Positions 25,328 through 29,783 of a DNA stretch of 29,783 nucleotides are shown here, one piece after another; within the stretch, counting starts at the first letter, position 1, and every line of letters begins with the position of its first letter. This DNA comes from Deltaproteobacteria bacterium (lineage in GTDB: Bacteria > Desulfobacterota > DSM-4660 > Desulfatiglandales > HGW-15), in assembly GCA_021737245.1 (NCBI GenBank), contig JAIPEI010000001.1, positions 1-29,783 of the forward strand, in the 5' to 3' direction. The translations under genes were made by a program, and so were the position numbers. The notes beneath the pieces are model-generated. The model saw nothing but the letters and a program-made list of their open reading frames with translations. It was not told the origin of the DNA and searched no databases.

Positions 25328-26629
25328 ATGAAATTCGAGTTTATCGAGGAAAAGGAGAGCAGGTACAGCGCGAAGATCAAGGTCTTCGGCATCGGGGGAG
25401 CCGGCGGAAACGCCATCAACAACATGATCTCCGCCAAGCTCAAGGGCGTGGACTTCATCACGGCCAACACGGACAGCCAGGATCTCGAGCGTTCCTCGTG
25501 CTCCTGCAAGATCCAGCTCGGCGAGTCGCTCACCCGGGGGCTGGGTGCCGGTTCGGATCCGGACATCGGTCAGGCCGCCGCCGAGGAGAGCACGAACGAT
25601 CTGCGTGAAGCAGCGGAAGGGGCCGACATGGTCTTTGTCACGGCCGGCATGGGCGGCGGGACCGGCACCGGGGCCGCCCCCGTGGTCGCGCACGAGTGCC
25701 GGGAGTCCGGTGCGCTCACCGTGGGCGTGGTCACCAAACCGTTCAAGTTCGAAGGGGACAAACGGATGCGCCGCGCCCTGGAAGGGGTGGAGAAGCTCAA
25801 GCAGGAAGTGGACACCTTGATCATCATCCCGAACGAGCGGCTGAAGTCCGTAGGAACCAAGAACAGTACGGTCAAGGATCTCTTCGTGCGGGCGGACGAG
25901 GTGCTCCTGAACGCCGTCCGGGGCATCTCGGACCTCATCAACAGCAGCGGGTTCATGAACCTGGACTTCGCCGACGTGAAGAAGGTCATGGAGCAGATGG
26001 GAACCGCCATCATGGGGACCGGCCGGGCCGGCGGCGAGAACCGGACCATCGAGGCGGCGCGCGAGGCGATCAACAGCCCGCTCCTCGAGGACATCTCCAT
26101 CGGAGGCGCCCGGGGTCTCCTGATGAACCTGACCGGGCCGTCCGACATGACCATGGAGGAGGTGGACGAAGCCTTTACCTACATCAAGGGAGAGGTGGAC
26201 GAAGGCGCCGAGATCTTCTCCGGACTGGTGTTTGACGACAGCATGGGCGACGAGGTCCAGATGACGGTCATCGCCACGGGCATCGACCGGGAGGAGTACA
26301 GCAAGGTCATCCGGCTCAACGACCGTGTCCAGGAACGATCCGGCGGTGTTCAGGAGCGGGCCTGCGGTGTGCGGGAAGCCAGCCCGGAAGAAGCGGAAGG
26401 GGCCTGGACCGTCCGCACCGGAAGCGGTTCCGCTCTTAACGGCAATGACCTGGACGATGATAACCTCGACATTCCCGCCTTCATGCGGAACAAGGTCGAG
26501 GAGAATCCCTTCGGGGACATCCAGGAGGACGAACGGGGGGAGAAAAAGGGGTTCCTGCGAAGGGCCTTCTCCAAGGAAAGTCTGGATTTCCCGACCTTTC
26601 TGAGGACGAAGCAGTCCAAGGCCTATTAG
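25328..26629 (+). CDS. ftsZ: Cell division protein FtsZ, 433 aa
   Basis: GIGGAGGNA, NTDSQDL, AGMGGGTGTG tubulin signature, PFKFEG, NLDFADV (T7 loop). ATG 25328 has AAGGAGG upstream. Confidence 0.98.
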   Translation: MKFEFIEEKESRYSAKIKVFGIGGAGGNAINNMISAKLKGVDFITANTDSQDLERSSCSCKIQLGESLTRGLGAGSDPDIGQAAAEESTNDLREAAEGADMVFVTAGMGGGTGTGAAPVVAHECRESGALTVGVVTKPFKFEGDKRMRRALEGVEKLKQEVDTLIIIPNERLKSVGTKNSTVKDLFVRADEVLLNAVRGISDLINSSGFMNLDFADVKKVMEQMGTAIMGTGRAGGENRTIEAAREAINSPLLEDISIGGARGLLMNLTGPSDMTMEEVDEAFTYIKGEVDEGAEIFSGLVFDDSMGDEVQMTVIATGIDREEYSKVIRLNDRVQERSGGVQERACGVREASPEEAEGAWTVRTGSGSALNGNDLDDDNLDIPAFMRNKVEENPFGDIQEDERGEKKGFLRRAFSKESLDFPTFLRTKQSKAY

Positions 26630-26693
26630 TGACTTAAACCTGAAAGGCTGTCACAATAAACAAGAAGTTCGTCACACCGGGGCCGCAGGCGGC

Positions 26694-26804
26694 GGGGGCC
26701 GGGGGTTTCCGGAGCGAAGGGAGCGGAGGAAGGCCCCGGCCTCCAGAGCCGGCCGTTCCTCTGCCGGGTTGCGGGCCATGGCCCGCCTTAGAGCGAACCG
26801 GCAG
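26694..26804. repeat. Two GC-rich inverted repeats in the ftsZ to radical SAM spacer
   Basis: GGGGGCCGGGG (26694-26704) / CCCCGGCCTCC (26734-26744). CTGCCGG (26761-26767) / CCGGCAG (26798-26804), enclosing GCGGGCC-AT-GGCCCGC. Confidence 0.6.
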
Positions 26805-26827
26805 CATGACTCCCCGGGAGCCCACGC

Positions 26828-28591
26828 GTGGAAGGAAGACAAGCAGCGCTTCACCGGAAGCGGTTCGGTCTGGAAACGGGCGCCGTCCGCAAGGATTGGG
26901 GCGGCCGGCTCTCCGTGGCCCTGGCCTACCCCAACAGTTACGCCCTGGGCATGTCCAGCCTGGGGTTCCAGATCGTCTACGGGATCCTGAACCGGGACGA
27001 CCGTGTGGTGGCGGAGCGGGTTTTCTACCCTGACAAACCGGAGACTTCCCTCCCTCCGGAGGGGGGAAAGGGGATCCTTTCCATGGAGTCCCTCTCCCCC
27101 CTGTCCCGCTTCGACCTCATCGCCTTCTCGCTCTCCTTCGAGAACGACGATCCCCATGTCCTCCGCATGCTGGACTGGGCACGCATTCCGGTCCTCCAGG
27201 AGGATCGGGACGACGCACACCCGTTTGTCCTGGGTGGGGGGATCCGGGCCATGCTCAACCCCGAGCCCCTGGCCCCCTTCTTTGACGCGTTTCTCCTGGG
27301 GGAGGCCGAGGCCGTACTCCAGCGGTTCATTTTCCTTTTCCGGGAGTCGGCAGACGCCGGCCTCGACCGCCGTGAGACCACAAGGCGGCTGGCTTCAGAG
27401 ATCCCCTCCCTCTACGTTTCCTCCCTCTACCGTCCCCGCTACCAATCCGATGGAACCCTCGAGGTGCTGGAGCCCCTGGAAAACGGCGTCCCCGACCGGA
27501 TCCGTCCGGCCAGGGACCCGGAGAGCCGCGCCCCGGGCGTTTCCATGATCACCACGCCGGAGACCGAGTTCGGCGAGAAGGTCCTGGTGGAGCTGGGACG
27601 CGGGTGCGGGCGGGCCTGCCGGTTCTGTGCGGCGGGTCATATCTATCGTCCCCCGCGGTTCCGCCCCGAGAGCGAGTTGAAAGCGTGCGTGGACCGGGCC
27701 CTTTCGGTCACGCCCCGGGTGGGGCTCCTGAGCCCGGCCGTGTCGGACACGCCGGGCATCGAGGCCCTGACCGCCCGGATCGTGGACCGGGGAGGGACGT
27801 TTTCCGTCTCCTCTCTGAGGGCGGACTCCTTGAGCCCGAAGCTCCTGGAGCACCTGGCACGGGCCGGGCAGAAAAGCATCGCCATCGCCCCCGAGGCCGG
27901 AACGGAGCGGCTCCGGCGTGTGATCAACAAGCATCTCACCGAGGAGGAGATCCTGGGGGCGGTCCGAAACATCGCGTCGGTGCGGGGCTTTTCATTGAAG
28001 CTCTACTTCATGATCGGGCTTCCCACGGAGACCCGGGAGGACGTGGCCGGCATCACGGACCTTGCGAAAAGGATCCGGCACAACATGGTGCAGGAATCCG
28101 GGGGAAGGGGGACCGTCGGTCGGATCCGGCTGAGCGTGAACTGCTTTGTGCCCAAGCCGTTCACGCCGTTCCAGTGGTTTCCCATGGAGCCCGTGAAATC
28201 CCTCAAGCTCAAGCAGCGTCAGATCCGGCAGGCCCTGGCCCGGACGGGCGGCGTGACCGTGACCTTTGACGTGCCCCGGTGGGCGTACATCCAGGCCCTG
28301 CTCTCCCTGGGCGACCGAAGGGCCGGAAAGATCCTCCTGGCCGCCCACCGGTTCGGCGGGGACTGGAAGGAGGCCTTCCGCCGCAGCGAGGTGAACCCGG
28401 ACTTCTTCGTCCACCGCCCCCGGGGGCTGGACGAGATTTTGCCCTGGGACCACATCGATCACGGCATCCGCAAGGAGTATTTGGCCGGGGAGTACGAGCG
28501 GGCCTTGGCGGAGAAGGAGTCCCCGGAGTGCCGGGTGGGGCGGTGCGACCGTTGCGGCATGTGCCCTGAGCCAGTGGCCGTTCTCGAGTAG
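26828..28591 (+). CDS. Radical SAM protein with N-terminal B12-binding-like domain (COG1032-like), function unknown, 587 aa
   Basis: ELGRGCGRACRFC (CxxxCxxC), YPNSYALGMSSLGFQ N-terminus, APEAGTERLR, YFMIGLPTE, FVPKPFTPFQW, C-terminal CxxxxCxxCxxC. Confidence 0.9.
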   Translation: MEGRQAALHRKRFGLETGAVRKDWGGRLSVALAYPNSYALGMSSLGFQIVYGILNRDDRVVAERVFYPDKPETSLPPEGGKGILSMESLSPLSRFDLIAFSLSFENDDPHVLRMLDWARIPVLQEDRDDAHPFVLGGGIRAMLNPEPLAPFFDAFLLGEAEAVLQRFIFLFRESADAGLDRRETTRRLASEIPSLYVSSLYRPRYQSDGTLEVLEPLENGVPDRIRPARDPESRAPGVSMITTPETEFGEKVLVELGRGCGRACRFCAAGHIYRPPRFRPESELKACVDRALSVTPRVGLLSPAVSDTPGIEALTARIVDRGGTFSVSSLRADSLSPKLLEHLARAGQKSIAIAPEAGTERLRRVINKHLTEEEILGAVRNIASVRGFSLKLYFMIGLPTETREDVAGITDLAKRIRHNMVQESGGRGTVGRIRLSVNCFVPKPFTPFQWFPMEPVKSLKLKQRQIRQALARTGGVTVTFDVPRWAYIQALLSLGDRRAGKILLAAHRFGGDWKEAFRRSEVNPDFFVHRPRGLDEILPWDHIDHGIRKEYLAGEYERALAEKESPECRVGRCDRCGMCPEPVAVLE

Positions 28592-28617
28592 TTTCCATCC
28601 GGAAAGGGTCTTTTTTT
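28592..28617 (+). terminator. Possible weak intrinsic terminator after the radical SAM gene
   Basis: Short stem only (TTTCC/GGAAA or ATCC/GGGT), followed by T7 at 28611-28617. Confidence 0.3.
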
Positions 28618-28656
28618 GCTCCTGGTGCGGAGGTTGGACAGAGGGGACAAGAGTTG

Positions 28657-28685
28657 TTGAGTTATGGAGGAACGTCCCCTAAGAT
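28657..28685 (+). promoter_or_regulatory. Sigma70-type promoter for the MBL-fold gene
   Basis: TTGAGT (28657-28662), N17, TAAGAT (28680-28685), in an AT-rich patch. Confidence 0.55.
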
Positions 28686-28794
28686 AATTGAATGAAGATC
28701 ATGACCCGCATCCGGCTGGTCAGAGCGAACACATTCGAGGAGGCCGCTGCATGCGGCGACAACGGATTTGGATTACCCGGAGAATTCTTCGCAC

Positions 28795-29783
28795 ATGACC
28801 CGCCGGGGTTTCCTGAGGCGGGCCTCCGCCTGGACGGCCGGCGGCCTGCTGCTCTCACTCATGCCGGGGTGCGGCATTTCGAGGCAGGCCGTGGCTGCAG
28901 AAGAGACGGCGCGCCTGGCATCCCGGGCCCGGGGACTTTCCCTGCGGGGGATCGCCCAACAGCGGCTTCACCACGGCAAGGACCGGTTTCTGAACCCCTT
29001 CAGCACCGAGCCGCGCGGCGGGTTGTGGCGGCTTCTGAGGTGGAAGCTCTTCAGCCGGAACGAGTTCAAGGATCAATACGCGGATGAGGAGGTCCGGCCC
29101 CTGGACCTGGACTGGCGGGCTTTCCGCGAGGAGGGGGACGGTGCGGTCATGTTCCTGCGCCACTCCTGCGTGCTGGTCCGGGACCTGGAGACGGTCTACC
29201 TGGTGGATCCGATTTTCTTCGGCCTGTTCTGGCTGACCGACTTCAGCCCCATCCGGTCGGGGCTGGAACAGATGCCCCGGCCCGATCATGTCCTCATCAC
29301 CCACGGCCACTACGACCATCTGGACGTGGACAGCCTCCGCATCCTCGACCCTGATACCCACCTCATCACGCCCCTGGGTTACGATCACATCTTCGAGAAG
29401 CTCGGCATGTCCAACCGGACCCCCCTCGACTGGTACGAGACGCACGCGGACGGCCGGGGCGAGGTGCTGTTCCTTCCCTGCCACCACTGGACCATGAGGA
29501 ACCCGATCACGGGCCCGAACCGGAGCCTCTGGGGGGCCTACCTGGTTCGGGGGGCGAGCGGCCGGAACGTCTTCCTCTCGGGAGACGCAGCCTACTTCGA
29601 CAGGTACCGGGAGATCGGAAGGGAGTTCGATATCGACCTGGCGGTCTTCAACCTGGGCGCGTACGAGCCGCGCTGGTTCATGGCCGGGAGCCACATCAAC
29701 CCGGAGGAGACGGTGCGGGCCTTCTGCGAACTCAACGCCCGCAGGCTTCTGGTGGTGCACTGGGGCGCGTTCCGCCTGGGAGA
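28795..29783 (+). CDS. Tat-exported MBL-fold metallo-hydrolase (NAPE-PLD/RomA-like), truncated by window edge
   Basis: Not in ORF track because it has no stop. Manual translation from ATG 28795: MTRRGFLRR (twin-arginine), THGHYDH (HxHxDH), PCHHW, SGDAAY, LGAYEPRWFM, HINPEE, HWGAF. Confidence 0.9.
   Translation, partial: MTRRGFLRRASAWTAGGLLLSLMPGCGISRQAVAAEETARLASRARGLSLRGIAQQRLHHGKDRFLNPFSTEPRGGLWRLLRWKLFSRNEFKDQYADEEVRPLDLDWRAFREEGDGAVMFLRHSCVLVRDLETVYLVDPIFFGLFWLTDFSPIRSGLEQMPRPDHVLITHGHYDHLDVDSLRILDPDTHLITPLGYDHIFEKLGMSNRTPLDWYETHADGRGEVLFLPCHHWTMRNPITGPNRSLWGAYLVRGASGRNVFLSGDAAYFDRYREIGREFDIDLAVFNLGAYEPRWFMAGSHINPEETVRAFCELNARRLLVVHWGAFRLG

Noticed and set aside
26650-26676. GTCACA pair as a Pho box or MraZ site
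   Set aside because: The 21-bp spacing fits neither the 11-bp Pho nor the 10-bp MraZ period convincingly, and there are only two copies.

Overview
GC-rich bacterial chromosome segment. Gene content and order suggest a deltaproteobacterium/Desulfobacterota (inference, not tested). Left third (1-8.5 kb): 5' end of a probable DUF318/ArsP-type metal permease (- strand, cut by the window edge), a stand-alone ABC-type ATPase, a membrane PAS hybrid histidine kinase, a - strand run of hsp20, LonC-like protease, Cys-rich protein and SAM methyltransferase, and a small membrane protein. Middle and right (8.5-26.6 kb): a near-canonical dcw cluster, mraZ-rsmH-ftsL-ftsI-murE-murF-[single-domain response regulator]-mraY-[hexamer repeat + 62-aa ORF]-murD-ftsW-murG-murC-murB-ftsQ-ftsA-ftsZ, with no ddl. 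It is followed by a radical SAM gene and a Tat-signal metallo-beta-lactamase-fold gene cut by the right edge. No rRNA, tRNA, CRISPR array, transposase or integrase was recognised. Most notable observations: two non-canonical genes threaded into the dcw operon; an 8-bp tandem repeat whose loss would fuse the Cys-rich gene to the methyltransferase in frame; an FtsZ with two C-terminal conserved peptides; and a 10-bp-period MraZ-type operator. Many starts were re-assigned by eye from the ORF track. No database searches were run.
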